Shown: positions 36,486-50,313, numbered from the stretch's first letter. The stretch is DNA of 64,000 bases from Centroscyllium fabricii (GCA_051313645.2 JBNRSN020000003.1:155248001-155312000); one strand, 5' to 3'. Notes: generated by a model not told the origin, from the sequence alone. A program made the numbers and translations.

Positions 36486-38830
36486 AACATAGAAACATAG
36501 AAGATAGGAGCAGGAGTAGGCCATTCAGCCCCTCGAGCCTGCTCCGCCATTCGATGAGATCATGGCTGATCATCCAAACTCAGTACCCTGTCCCTGCCTT
36601 CTCCCCATATCCCTTGATCCCTCTAGCCTTAAGAAATACATCCAGCTCCTTCTTGAATATATTCAATGAACTAGCCTCCACCGCCCTCTGTGGCAGAGAA
36701 TTCCACAGGTTCACCACTCTCTGGGTGAAGAAATTCCTCATCTCTGTCCTAAATGAGTTACCCCTTATTCTTAGACGATGACCCCTGGTTCTGGACTCTC
36801 CAATCATCAGGAACATTCTTCCTGCATCAAGTTTGTCCAGACCAGTTAGGATTTTATATGTTTCGATGAGATCCCCTCTCAATCTTCTAAACTCCAGAGA
36901 GTACAAACCCAGTCTACCCAGTCTTTCCTCATACGTCATTCCTGCCATAGACACATAGAAACATAGAAGATAGGAGCAGGAGTAGGCCATTCGGCCCTTC
37001 GAGCCTGCTCCGCCATTCAATGAGATCATGGCTGATCATCCAAACTCAGTACCCCACCCCTGCCCTCCCCCCATATCCCTATCGAGCCTGCACTGACACA
37101 TATCCCACCCTATCCCCGTAACCCCACACATTCAATCCCCCTAACACTAAGGGTCAATTTATCATGGCCAATCAACCTAACCCACACATCTTTGGACTGT
37201 GGGAGGAAACCGGAGCACCCGGAGGAAACCCACGCAGACACGGGGAGAATGTGCAAACTCCACACAGTCACCCGAGGCCGGATTTGAACCCGGGTCTCTA
37301 GTGCTGTGAGGCAACAGTGCTAACCACTATGCCACCGTGCCGCCCCAGGTATCAGCCTGGTGAATCTTCTCTGCACTCCCTCCATGGCAAGAACGTCCTT
37401 CCTTGGATAAGGAGACCAAAATTGCACACAGTACTCAAGGTGTGGTCTCACCAAGGCCCTGTACAACTGCAGCAAGACCTCGCTGTTCCTGTACTTGAAC
37501 CCTTTCGCTATGAAGGCCAACATACCATTTGCCTTTTCAACTGCCTGCTGCACCTGCATGCTCACCTTCAGTGACTGGTGCACAAGGCCACCCAGGTCTC
37601 ATTGCACTTCCTCTTCTCCCAATCTATTGCCATTCAGATAATAGTCGGCATTTCTGTTTCTGCCCCCAAAGTGGATAACCTCGCATTTATCCACATTATA
37701 CTGCATCTGCCACGTCTCAGCCCACTTGCCCAACCTGTCCAAATCATCCTGGAGCTTCCTGGTATCCTCCTCGCAGCACACACGCCCTCCCAGCTTTGTG
37801 TCATCTGCAAACTTGGAGACATTACATTTAGTTCCCTTTTCTAAATCATTAATGTATATTGTGAAGAGCTGGGGTCCCAGGACCGATCCCTGCGGTACTC
37901 CACTAGTCACTGCCTGCCACTCAGAAAAAGACCCATTTACTCCTACTCTCTGCTTTCTGTCCACCAACCAATTCTCAATCCAAGTCAATACCTTGCCCCC
38001 AATCGCATGTGCCCTAACTTTACATGCTAATCTCTTGTGTGGGACCTTGTTGAACACTTTCTGAAAGTCTAAGTACACCACATCTACTGGTTCTCCCTGA
38101 TCAATTTTCCCAGTTACATCCTCAAAAAACCTCCAGTAGATTAGTCGAGCACGATTTACCTTTTGTAAATCCATGTTGACTTTGTCCGATCCTGCCACTG
38201 ATTTTCAAGTGCTCAGCTGTTACATCCTTTATTATGGACTCCAGCATCTTCCCCACTACTGATGTCAGGCTTACTGGTCTGTAATTTCCCACTTTCTCCC
38301 TACCACCCTTTTTGAATAGTGGGGTAACATTAGCCACCCTCCAAATCCATGGGTACAATTCCAGATTCCATCGATTGCTGGAAGATAATCAGTAATGCAT
38401 CCACTATTGTAGGGCCACTTCCTTAAGTACCCAAGGATGTAGATTATCAGGCCCTGGGAATTTATCTGCCTTCAATCCGGTATATTTCTCTAACACCATT
38501 TCCCTGCACATATGGATTTCTTTCAGTTCCTCCCCTTCATCAAACCTTATGTTCCCCAATATCTCTGGGAGATTACTTGTGTCCTCCTTTGTGAAGACAG
38601 AACCAAAATATGCATTTAATTGGTCTGCCAGTTTTTTTGTTCCCCATTATCACTTCCCCTGCTTCTGACTGTAAGGGACCTACACTTGATTTCACTAATC
38701 TTCTTCTCTTCACATATGTATAAAAGCTCTTAGTCAGTTTTTATATTCCCTGCAAGCTTACTTTGATATTCTATTTTCCCCATCTTAATTAATCCCTTTG
38801 TCCTCCTTTATTGAATCCTAAACTGTTCCC
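36486..38830 (-). mobile_element. CR1 (HER1-like) LINE, about 1.9 kb of ORF2 and tail, with a nested SINE
   Basis: WRVANVTPLFKKGG, YLDFQK, GVPQGSVLGP, KFADDTKLGG, YEERLGRLGLYSLE motifs and tail repeats. Confidence 0.92.
36949..37345 (-). mobile_element. HE1/V-SINE (tRNA-derived) with CR1 3' tail
   Basis: Head GGCGGCACGGTGGCATAGTGGTTAGCACTG and B box GGTTCAAATCC; V-domain TGTGTGGAGTTTGCACATTCTCCCCGTG; CR1 tail; splits the CR1 at cctgccat|ccagg. Confidence 0.85.
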
Positions 38831-38854
38831 AATAATGCTCCTGTGAAACGCCAG

Positions 38855-40800
38855 AGATTATCAACAACTTGCATTTATATAGTGCATTTAACATAGTAAA
38901 AACATTCCAAAGTGTTTCACGGGAGCATTATTAGACAAAATTTGATAATGAGCCACATAAAGAAACATTAGGACAGGTCACCAAAAACTTGGTCGAAGAG
39001 GTAGATTTTAAGGAGCAACTTGAAGAAGGAGAGAGAAGTGGAGAGGTTTAGGGAGGGAATTCCAGAGCTTTGGGCCTAGTCAGCTGAATGGTGGAGCGAA
39101 GAAAATCGGTGATACGCAAGAGAATTGGAGGAGCACAGAGATCTTGGAGGGTTGCAGGGCTCGAAGGTTACAGAGATAGGGAGGGATGAGGCCATGGAGG
39201 AATTTGAACACAAGGATGAGAATTTTTAAATCGAGGTGTTGCCGAACCGTGGGCCACCGTGAGTCAGCAAGCACGGGTGATGGGGGAATAGGAGTTGGCG
39301 CATGTTAGGATTTGGCAGCAGAGATTTGGATGAGCTCAAGTTATTGGAGGGTGGAAGATGGGAGGCCAGCCAGGAGAGCATTGTAATAGTCAAATCTGGA
39401 GGTAACAAAGGCATGGGTCAGGGTTTCAACCGCAGATTTTAAAAAAATGTGTTCATGGAATCTGGGTGTCGCTGGCAAGGCCAGCATTTATTGCCCATCC
39501 CTAGTTGCCCTTGAGAAGGTAGTGGTAAGCCACCTTCTTGAACCGCTGCAGTTAGTGTGGTGAAGGTACTCCCACAGTGCTGTTAGGGGGGGGCAGTTCC
39601 AGGATTTTGACCCAGCGACGATGAAGGAACGGCAATATACTTCTAAGTCAGGATGGTGTGTGACTTGGAGGGAAACTTGGAGATGGTGGTGTTCCCATGC
39701 GCCTGCTGCCCTTGTCCTTCTAGGTGGAAGAGATTGCGGGTTTGGGAGGTGCTGTTGAAGCCTTGGCGTGTTGCTGCACTGAATCTTGTAGATGATGCAC
39801 ACTGCAGTCATGGTATGCCGGTGGTGGAGGGTATGAATGTTTAAGGTGGTGGATGGGGTGCCAATCAAGTGGGCTGCTTTGTCCTGGATGGTGTTGAGCT
39901 TCTTGAGTGTTGTTGGACCTGCACTCATCCAGGCCAGTGGAGAGTATTCCATCACACTCCTTACCTGTGCCTTCTAGATGGTGGAAAGGCTTTGGGGAGT
40001 CAGGAGGTGAGGCACTCGTGGCAGAATACCCAACCTCTGACCTTCTCTTGTTGCCGCAGTATTTATGTGGCTGGTCCAGTTAAGTTTCTGTTCAATGGTG
40101 AGCCCCAGGATGTTGGTGGTGGATTCAGCGATAGTAATGCCGTTGAATGGCATGGGGAGGTGGTTAGACTCTCGTTTGTCGGAGATGGTCATTGCCTGGC
40201 ACTTCTGTGTTGCGAATGTTACCTGCCACTTTATCAGCCCAAGCCTGAACGTCGTCAAGGTTTTGTTGCATGCGGGCATGGACTGCTTCATTATCTGAGA
40301 AGTTGGGAATGGCATCAGCGAACATCCCCATTTCTGACCGTATGTTGGAGGGAAGATCACTGATGAAGCAACTGAAGATGGTTAGGCCTAGGACACTGCC
40401 CTGAGGAACTCCTGCAGCGATGTCCTGGGGCTGTGATTGACCTTCAATCAGATGAACTGAGGCAGGGGCAGAGATGGGTGATATTGCAGAGGTGGAAGTA
40501 GGCTGTCTTGGTGATGGAGAAGATACAGGCTCGGAAGTTTATCTCTGGGTCAAATAGGGTACCGAAGTTGCAAGCAGTCTGTTTCAGCCTCAGACAGTGG
40601 CCAGGGAGAGGGATTGAGTCAGTGACTAGGGAACTGAGTTTGTGGTGGGGACCAAAGATAATGGCTTTGTTTTTTCCAGTATTTAATTGAAGGAAATTTC
40701 TGCTCATCCAATACTGGACAAACAGCATGACAAACCAAAGGCAGCGGAGAGGTCGAGCAAGGTGGTGGTGACGTCGAGCTGGGTGTCATCAGCGTGCACG
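38855..40800 (-). mobile_element. L2 LINE fragment in two parts (38855-39435 and 40444-40800)
   Basis: HADDTQL, WMSRNFLQLN, AYFHL.NI and HAFVTSRFDY.NALLAGLP motifs; TATAAATGCAAGTTGTTG tail. Confidence 0.8.
39437..40443 (-). mobile_element. CR1-group LINE 3' fragment (same family as 21385-22465) nested in an L2 element
   Basis: PQGSVLG, LTIEQKLNWTSHIN and MEYSPLAWMSAGPTTLKKL motifs. Confidence 0.82.
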
Positions 40801-43800
40801 TAACACATTCAAAAAAGGACAAATCTCACCTATTGTCTTTTAGAAGAATCCCTGTAGGATTTTAATCATAAAACAAGTTGAATGCTTTGGTCAGGTTATT
40901 AACACTATAATATAGCAGCTTTGCTTTTATGAAGTGCTTTGGTCAGTGACTCTGAGCTACGTGATGGTTTTAAAGTTATGCCTATTTGACATTGCGAATG
41001 GGATTAATGCCATCGGATCATTGCCCGGCCTACCCCAAAATACTCTGACCTAGCATGAAATGAGAAGATGTCTGGTCTTGAAGATTAAGTGTATGTTGCA
41101 GCCAAAGCCTGCCACAGCTGCATGATTTTGATAGACTGCAGGGAATTTTATAAGCTGGGCTCTAAATCTTGTTAATCCTAAGGTCAAAGTTGTTACATTA
41201 ACAAAATAGGCTTAAAGCAGCCATCATAAAGTACTAAGCTGTAATGTGCTATAAAATGCCAGAGCACGTAATAAACTTTTTATAACCAAAAATGGTTCAA
41301 AGTTGAATTTGTGAGCTGCATCAAAAGCTCACTCTTATTTTTGTGGCAGACTAATTATATTGCTACTATTTGAGGTTCATAAACTGTAATACCTTGGGAA
41401 TGGAGGGGGTCGATCATTTGATGGGGCAAAGATAATTGTAGCATGCACTTAGCCCACAGCAGTTCCTCTTGCATTGCCCCTTGAGATGGCCTATAGGGTT
41501 TCTGTCATTAATGTTTCTTACCAAAGGGGTGTTTCAGCTCCAGTTGGTAAATTATAAATACTGACCGTAGAACTTGCCAGTTATCAACGGCAAATTGTTC
41601 CGCACTATACTTGCAATAATGCCACAATTATTAATCTTTCAGTGAACGTCATCAAGCTTCAGTGAGGGTGAACATCTTGGCAGTCAACATCTGCCAACCA
41701 ACTCCGATGCTGTCAACACAAAAACTGAACAAAACCGCCCTATAATTTTTTTAAATAAAAGCCCTGGAATGATTTCAAGGCAGAAATCTAATCATTGGAT
41801 TCAGATGACAGTTCTAAACCGCTGAAGCTTCAAGCTTGCGGTTCAGGGCATCGTCTAAACCTCTCAATTAGATTAATACCTCGTAATTGCTCCCAGGCAT
41901 CATTTATCCTCTGTGTACTCCACAAAATGTATAAGGACTTGTATTTGCATTGTATAACTTCAGATGAGCTGCCCTTCTGTTTGTGTGTGTGTGTGTGTGG
42001 CTGAAGTTCACAAATAATATCGTACTGGTTGCACAGTTATGTTTTAAATGCACAATAAGGAAGATTGCCCCTGGAAATGAAATGAAGTGTTGTCAGGGTT
42101 CCAGAAGGCTGTGCCTTTTGGCTGCAAACCAGTAGTAAAGGTTACACGGGAGGTTACACTGGATTAAATTTCATTGGCATCTTGTACAATTTACGTGAGA
42201 CCGCTGGCTGTTCTTTAGCTTGACTGACCGTGAATAAAAGACAGCTTAGTATTACCCTTGGAGGAGCATTCGCTGAAGTAGGCAGAAGGTTTTAGAAGTT
42301 GACAGAATTGGGCTTGAAGTGTTCTGCACTCTTATTGTTTCTTGTGCTTGTAACTCTATATCATCTTTAGCTGTGCTGAAAAACTGCATTGGTAGCTTTA
42401 TATGTTAAAGGAAAGCTTTTATTTCCTTTCGTGAGCCTGGTTCTTAAGTAGCTTTATCGCACATGTGGGTGAGAACCCTGTCCTTTTGGCTAAAGAGTGA
42501 AATATTTCTATTATATTTACCGTCTCAGTAAAATAGAAAAGAAAAGGGGAAGTGCTTAATGCAGTGAAAAGTGTGTGAATGTCATCTGGCTCCGCATTAA
42601 TTTCTCAATGTTTAGAAGGGCTTTTTTCACACAACTTATTCTACATTGTTCACATCCTTTAACACATCACTGAACAAATTGCCCCCTTAGATATGCTAAT
42701 GTAGTCCAGTTCTTTAAATGGCTCATTGTTGCATGGAGGGTAGATGAGAACTGTGGGTGTGTTAAATTATACCATGTGACAGCCGAAACATTGAAATTGC
42801 TTAACGTATATGTCAGCAGTTAGGTGTAGAATGCCTTTTGGATATGCACTGTTTTAATTCAAAAAATACATACATACAAATGAAGATTGAAATTGGACAT
42901 CTGTCTTGCTATAAACAATCCTCTTTACCATTATTCTGCACTTGTGCCAATGCAGTTAGAAATTGTCTTTATATTCACTTTTTTCAAAGTTCAGGCTGAA
43001 TGACCTATTCCTAATTCAGGTTCCAAGACAGCGGCATCTATGAGCCTGCTCCTGATGTTTATACGTATTGGTAAATTCAGCTCTCATTATCCAGTGCAGA
43101 GTAATAAACCCATTTTTTTGAGTGTCTGTTGCCAGGGTAAAGGAGCTGGATTTAGTCGTGTAAACTCAGCGAGCCAGATCATGGATGCAAGGCAGCGGGA
43201 CTTTGAATTAATACCAGGCCATTAAAAAAGAAACTATTAGGTGGTTTTTATTATTGTAGGGAACAAACTTTGGTTGCAGTTGTTGTTGCATGTACCAATC
43301 TGTGATCAGTTTATCTTTTCCATTTACACAGACTGGAGTTATATTGCCACTTAGACTTGGTTCTTCCACCCCTGATGTCATTACATCATGATGATGTATA
43401 TTAATCCAATGACTTGCTGTATATCTGCAAATTGGAAGACTGGTTTGAAATCTCCACTGCTGGGACTATCACTCCTACTTTAATTAGTCATCTGACTCCA
43501 GACTTGTACTGGCATTTTTGCATTATTATGAAGTGGAAAAGTGGCAATATAACTGTAGACTTAAATGAGAAATGTTGGCTCTTATTCCCTGAATAGTTGA
43601 TGTTTGGCAAGAAGCTACTGTAAACAAGCTGTCAGACTTTATAGGTTAGGCAGTAAAATCTTAATGAGTAATGTTAAATGCTTGATACCTTTGAGTATTT
43701 TGTCAGCAGTTTACTCTGCAGGTTATACTTTTAAAATACAGTCTTGACGGTACAGTGGGGGTGGGGTAATAAGACTATTTATTTTTAAACAAATATCCTT

Positions 43801-43960
43801 CTTTAATTCCTTTTAACAAATAATTGAATTGCTAAGGGCATGAAATACTCTGTGTACTGTATTTAGAATATATTTGTGTTTAGTATCATAAGCATTCACG
43901 GGGTTGCATAAGGAAATTGAAAGGAATTTTCTTTTGAAAGCAGCTGTTATGTCTTCACAG

Positions 43961-44080
43961 AGTAATTCCCTGTTGGTACCCGATGGTCTGCGAGGCACAG
44001 ATAAGCGCAGGAATGGGCCTGATTATTCTAATGATGTGAAGAAGAGGAAGGTTGACGATAAGGACTCCATGAGCCACTAT
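43961..44080 (+). CDS. TLE1: TLE1 exon with CcN nuclear localisation signal
   Basis: cacag| and |gtaagt; SNSLLVPDGLRGTDKRRNGPDYSNDVKKRKVDDKDSMSHY is TLE1-specific. Confidence 0.95.
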
Positions 44081-44338
44081 GTAAGTGCATGCAGTCTAGG
44101 CTTCCGAAACGTGCATGCTTGCTTTCAAGTGCAGTCTTCAGAAGCTAGCTTTTTTTTGAGTGCATCTACAAGGGTGGAAGGTTGCTAATGGTTTACATAA
44201 AATGCATTAATGAAATCAAAAATTTAAATAAAACCATAAGTGCTAAAATTTAGTGAGAAATTTGTTCAGTTAATTTCATCTGTTAATTTCCTAGGATCGT
44301 AGAATCACACCGTACAGAAAGTGACCATTCGGCCTATT

Positions 44339-45055
44339 GGCTGGAATTTTCCCCATAAAAAATGGGTGGGTTTGGAGCGTGGGGGCAGTTAAATTGTTAA
44401 AAATGGGATTCCCGACCTAATCTCTCATCCAACCCGCCCACTTCCGATTTTACCGGGGGCGGGTGACCAACCCGCTCCCAGGGAGCGTTACCTCAATTTA
44501 AATATTGTAATGAGGCTGGAAGCCTTTTATTTCCCCTTCCATTTTCTGTTTAACTGCCTGGGGATGGGTTTCACACAATTCGTGAAACCCGGCAGTTAAA
44601 CAGAGGTGGGGATGCTGCATCCAGGAGCTTTATACCTGGGTCCAGGGTCCCTCCCTAACCCACCCCCTAAGAGGCCTCTGATTTCCCCCCCTCACCCCCC
44701 CCCCCCCCATAATAATGATGTTGAGGTGGGCCAAAATGCTCTCTTCCCCCCCCTCCCCCCAAAACCCCCAGACGAACCCCACCCTACCCAATCCCTGCCG
44801 ATCCCCTCTTCACCCTCGGAACCCCAATTGCCGACCCCCTTCTCCCGGACCGGCCCCTCGCTTCTGAGACCAACCCGCCCGCAGTCAGCCAGCCTCTGAA
44901 TCTAGCTGGCTGTGGGCAGGAATCCGAGGCCTCGCTTTCAAATCCGGCCCTGCTGGTAAAGTCGGCAGGGCCTGCGGGAAACTCGGTCTTCCGGGTTTCC
45001 TGCCTGCCTTGGAGACCCCCCACCCCATCTTGCCTTCCTTGAGAAAATTCTGGCC
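44339..45055. mobile_element. Non-autonomous PIF/Harbinger-like element interrupting a CR1 3' fragment
   Basis: GGCTGGAATTTT...AAAATTCTGGCC termini with ATT/ATC flanks; CR1 tail on both sides (about 44295-45330). Confidence 0.6.
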
Positions 45056-45439
45056 ATCTTGTATGTGCTGGCTCTTTGTGACAGCTATCTAATTAGTCCC
45101 ATTTCCCATTGCCCTACAGATTTCTCCTTTTCTAGCATATAGCCCATTCCCTTTTGAAAGTTACTATTGAATCAGCTTCGACCACCCTTTCAGGCAGTGC
45201 ATTCCATATCATCATAACTCACTGCATAAAAAAGATTCTGCTCATTTCCACCTTGGATTTTTTTGTCAATTATCTGAAATCCTTCAGTTACTGACCCTTG
45301 TGCCAGTGGTACCAGTTTCTCCCTATTTATATGTTTTTTTGTTGAAACTCTTAAATTCTGTATGTGTATTAGATATGTACTTGGAAGATCATAAGTGATG
45401 AACAAAAGTGCAATCACATATACAGCCTTTTGAGGGAGA

Positions 45440-46168
45440 ACCTCGGAGGTAATCCTGCAATATGGACTGAGCTAAGGGGAGGAGAGAAGAATGGAGGGCG
45501 AGAAACACACTGGCCTGGATATTAACGAGGGTTGGTTCCGTAGGCGGGGACAGAGCTTTGGATGGGAAACCCAGAAGTCTGGGTTTCCCTGAACACTGGA
45601 GTTTTAACAGTGTGTCTCTTTTGGCCCTGACAGGTTCCCCGCCCGGAAGTCGGCCTGATTGACGGGCTTGGCTTCCAGTCGGACGGGGAGCAGGCTGCAG
45701 GACCAGGTAGGTCCGATCCATGACCCTGGGGGGTGTCCAATCCCCGATCCCGGGGGCCTTTGTATAAGAGGGGAGGTCTGATGGGGATGGATGGGGGGTA
45801 GTTTGGGGGGTCTGCTCTTCCTGAACCACAAGCAGTGCTGTGAAGGCACTTACCTTCTCCCCGAAGCTGTCCTCACCTTCTCCCCGAAGCTGTCCTCACC
45901 TCACATCAGCTGCCAGGTTTCCCAAGGCCTGGGGAACCCGGCCGCACACTAAAACCTGCAAAGCAGGTTAAATCAGAGGCTACCAGCCTCATTAAAATAT
46001 TTAAATTGCCAACTTGCCTTGGGAGTGGATTGACTGCCCCTTTTCCCACCTCTGTTAAACCCAGAAGTGGGCAGGTTGGAGGCGCGTTCCCAACACGCTC
46101 GGAATTTTGCACGATTTAACCACCCCCCCACACCCAATCTCATGTGATCACTCCTTAAAATTACCCCT
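45440..46168. mobile_element. Truncated Harbinger-like non-autonomous element (approximate bounds)
   Basis: Shares subterminal motifs with 44339-45055 in reverse orientation; ends AAAATTACCC. Confidence 0.45.
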
Positions 46169-46362
46169 GCTATTTCCTAATCTCCCTCCACCCAGTGTCT
46201 GCCTATAGTCTTGAGTCAAACAGTTCTCTATGTATGTGATGAATACCTGCTATGCCATAATGTAGCAGCCAGGCTGATCAAGCCATTATTCCTCGCAACT
46301 TGGATGGTAATTGGCCTACTTTTGTTTTAAGTTTGTCTGAAAATATTTCTCTTGTTTTAAAG

Positions 46363-46416
46363 GATAGTGATGGGGATAAAAGTGACGACAATTTAGTAGT
46401 GGATGTTTCTAATGAG
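46363..46416 (+). CDS. TLE1: TLE1 54-nt exon, CcN domain
   Basis: taaag| and |gtttgt; DSDGDKSDDNLVVDVSNE, identical to recalled human TLE1. Confidence 0.95.
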
Positions 46417-47992
46417 GTTTGTATTTTTTTTCCATCTTGTGTTGCATGCTGTTTGATACTTTATTAAAATTAATGACTTTGCTGCAGTGTTTAAATATTT
46501 TGTGTTGAAAGGAGACTAGATATAAAATTCAAAAGATATTTAACATCTCCCTTAAAATAATGGGCAATGGAATTTAATACAAATGTGTTAAGCATTGTAT
46601 ATTATCTTCACAGTGTAATTTCAAGGCCCAATTTTTTCCTCTTCCCCTGCACCTCTTCTGAAGATGCTGATTTATACCAAGCTATGGTTCTATGGGTACT
46701 GGCAGCCCAAGACTTTTTGATATTTGACAATGGAGGCCATTGCAGCTGAGCTTGATCCTGTTCTCAGTTGATGTCCACAAACAGGCACTTCTCAGCACTT
46801 GATAACAACATGAGCAGAACCCCTGACTGAGATTTGCCCCCCCCACCTTTAGCTCCTGGTACTGAAGTCAGTTGTGCCCTTGCTGAGATCAGCAAATTAT
46901 TCAGCACAGCCCAGGGGCCAAACCTTGGAACAGTCCGTAAGGGGGACCCCCAAGCTTCCGGTCGGTCGCCTGTCATTTTAATTTACCGCTCCACTCCCAC
47001 TCCGACCTCACCGTCCTCGGCCTCTTGCATTGTTCCACGGAAGCTCGGCGTAAGCTCGAGAAACAGCACCTCATTTTTCGATTAGGCACTTTTCAGCCTT
47101 CCAGACTCAACATAGAGTTTAACAATTTCAGATCATAACCTTGACCCATCACATTTTTATATATATACACACCTGTATATATTTTCTCTTTTTTAATCCA
47201 CACGTTCGGCTGGGCTTTTTTCTTCCCTCTGCCAGAGCCCCCCTCTCTTCATCCAGAGCCATCCTGTGTTTTTTGAATATCTCTTAGTCTCTCAATGTCT
47301 CTTAATCTCTCCTGTCGCTGATTCTAACTGGAAACTGTTCTGCAAAGACTTCCCTTTCATAGAACATGTGCCAGTTTATAAATCTTGGAAGGCAGCTGTC
47401 CTCTAAACCATTTCAACGATGCTTCATCTCTCCTTGTGCTGTGCTGGGGTGTGGGTGGGGAGCAGGGGAATCAAAAAGCCTTTTATGGAAGAATGAGGTG
47501 GAGGGGTTAAACAGTCTTCAGAGCCTCCCTCAACTGCACCTTTCTTTGCATGTGGAATTTTTAAAAAGTTTATTTTACTGAAAGTTAGTAACAGAAAAGG
47601 TCATGCTGCAATTCAATTTATTTTAAAATCTTGTTTGGTGATTTTTTTTCTTGCTCTTTATGGTGTGGAAGATATCTGCACTAATAGTTGGAATATTTTC
47701 CATTTTGGCCGTTGGTGTCAAAATCTAGTCCTTTCCCTCATCTCCCTTAGCACCAACACAGAGGACACCCCTTCCTCTCTCTCCTTAAACTATATCAGTG
47801 TGTATTCATCCACTTCCCCTTTCCCCTGTCCGCTATCTTTAAGACCATTGCATTGGATTCCTAATTCATGCCGTATTGCAAGCAGTTTTTCATTGTGAAT
47901 CGGCACCCAGTAGGAATAGGCCAAACTCATCGTACTTAAATCCTATATGGCCCCTTTTTGTCCATTATAGAGAGAAGGCTTAATTCCTTTGG

Positions 47993-48402
47993 GAAAGAAA
48001 GACTTACATTTATACAGCGCCTTTCATGACCTCGGGATGTCTGAAAGCACGTTAGAGCTAATTAAGTACTTTTGAAGTAGAGTCCCTGTTGTAATGTGGG
48101 AAACGTGGCAGCCAATTTGCGCACAGCGAGCTCCCACAAACAGCACTGTGATTGAGTTGACCCCGGGGATAACGCCCCTGCTCTTCAAAATGGTGCAATG
48201 AAATCTTTTACGTCTACCTGAAAGAGCAGACGAGGCCTTGGTTAAACATCTCATCTGAAAGACGGCACCTCCGACAGTGCAGCACTCCTTCAGCACTGCA
48301 CTGGAGTGTCAGCCGATTGTGCTCAAGTCTCTGGAGTGGGACTTGAACCCACAACCTTCTGACTCCGAGGCAAGAGTGCTTCTCACTGAACCATGGCTGC
48401 CA
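47993..48402 (-). mobile_element. SacSINE1-like DeuSINE
   Basis: Reverse-complement copy of 24304-24752. Confidence 0.8.
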
Positions 48403-48787
48403 CTCATAGGTTCATTTTCACCCCAGGTTCCAGATATTAAATGACATTGGGATCGATTTTGACCTTGTGCCATAGTGTAAAATGGATGACAGCAAATCAG
48501 CAACCCTTTTTACATCTCACCCAAATTTTATTTCCATTGACTTCAAAATCTACCCCAATGTGTGAGCGCCTCTCACCTGATGCATGTGCACTATTGCAGA
48601 TTATTTCTAGCAAAATTCATATAGCTTTTTGATGCAGATTATTCCAGGAGCTCAGGCTGTTGGTAAAATTTCCCTCCAAGACTTCATATCCACTTAAAAC
48701 GAGGAGCATACCAATTATGAGTACAGCATTCCAGTTCCTCATGATGTGAATACATAAATAACAAGAATGTGTTGCATCTGTGTGTAG

Positions 48788-48940
48788 GACCCATCATCGC
48801 CACGAGGCAGTCCTGCCCATTCACCACGTGAGAATGGTTTGGATAAATCTCGTCTACTCAAGAAGGATGCTTCCAGTAGCCCAGCTTCCACAGCTTCTTC
48901 TGGCAGTTCCTCATCTCTCAAATCCAAAGAGCTAGCCCAT
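48788..48940 (+). CDS. TLE1: TLE1 exon, CcN/SP junction
   Basis: tgtag| and |gtgagt; [51 protein letters not shown]. Confidence 0.95.
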
Positions 48941-49902
48941 GTGAGTATCCGGTGTAACCTTTCTCATTTAAATCATGCCAGAAATTTTGCAAATTTATAT
49001 GTTTCTTATAAATCTTTTCTGTTCAAAAGTACTTTTATGACTTTTGTTACATGTAACAAGTTTGGGCAACCAAGCAGCACATTCATAGTTGTGACTTTTC
49101 AACAATTTTGCATATGTTGGCAACATAACCCTATTCTGTTTTGAACAGGGAATAAAACATTATGTAAACTGTTGTCTTGATATTTGGCTCTGGAAATAGT
49201 TGAAATAAATCCCACTGAGACGAAGCATCTATGTACTGTCAAGCCCTGGAGAGAATTTTTTAAAACAACATGAATTAATGTCTGATTAAAATTGTGTACA
49301 TTTGGTTGGATAACTGTTTATACTGTTAGAAGTCTTGATTCTAAATAAAACTAGGAAGTAATTTATTATATACTGGCAGTTGCAATAGAAGTCTTTAGCA
49401 GCTTGGATAAGTTCAGCTGTTTCACATAGCATCAGGTCCAGATTAAACTCCATGTGCTGATGTTATTCATTAGTTCAAGCAGTTAAGCTTGATTTTGAAA
49501 TCGATTTTGCTATCCATAGAATGCGCTAACATTGTTATCCGAGATGTCTGTGCATAAGTTGCCTTCTTTGCTTTTACAGTTACAGCATGCATTATAAAAC
49601 ATGGTTCGTAAGCTGCACACACATGCAGGGTTTTATAACACATAAACTTGATTGAGAGAAGGCAGCTGGGTGCTGAGGTAATCATTGTTTGCCTGGCCTA
49701 AAAAAGCACACAAGTGCAACCTGCAGCAGTGAGCCAACTGCACAATATTTTCTTTTATTTTACAGCCAGAAGTTTTGCCCAAGTAACATCATTTCAAACT
49801 TTCAAAATAAACTAGCCTTCTCGATTCCATTCGTAATCTAATGTGAAATCTCAAAATAGCTGGAGAGTATCCATTCAGTTACGTACACTGGTCACTTGTG
49901 TA

Positions 49903-50313
49903 CAGGTCCGGCACCGTTAATCCAGAAACTTCAGTCGTCCGGCACGAATCCGGGCCTCACCCCGACTGGTCTGCACATGCGCAGACCATTCAAAACGGCA
50001 ACCGTGCATGCGCAATCCATTCAAAATGGCTGCTGCGCATTCGCAGCAGCCATTTTGAATGGCTGCACATACGTGGTGGCCATTTTGAATGGTTGCGCAT
50101 GCATGGTGGCCATTTTGAATGGTTTGCGCATGCATGGTGGCCATTTTGAATGGTTTGCGCATGCATGGTGGCCATTTTGAATGGTCTGCGCATGCGCGGA
50201 GGCCATTTTGAATGGTTTGCGCATGCGCTCGCCGAAGCTTCAGTCGTTCGGATTTTTTACTAGTCCGGCACCGGCCTAGTCCCGATGGTGCCGGATTAAC
50301 GGTGTCGGACCTG
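49903..50313. mobile_element. TA-flanked MITE (Tc1/mariner type) filled with 30-31 bp tandem repeats
   Basis: 21-bp TIR CAGGTCCG(G/A)CACCGTTAATCC with 1 mismatch; TA TSD; six GCCATTTTGAATGG..GCGCATGC-type units at 50049-50228. Confidence 0.88.

Noticed and set aside
50049-50228. Regular 30-31 bp repeats resembling a CRISPR array
   Set aside because: Head-to-tail units without unique spacers, inside a TA-flanked MITE in a eukaryotic intron; no cas genes.
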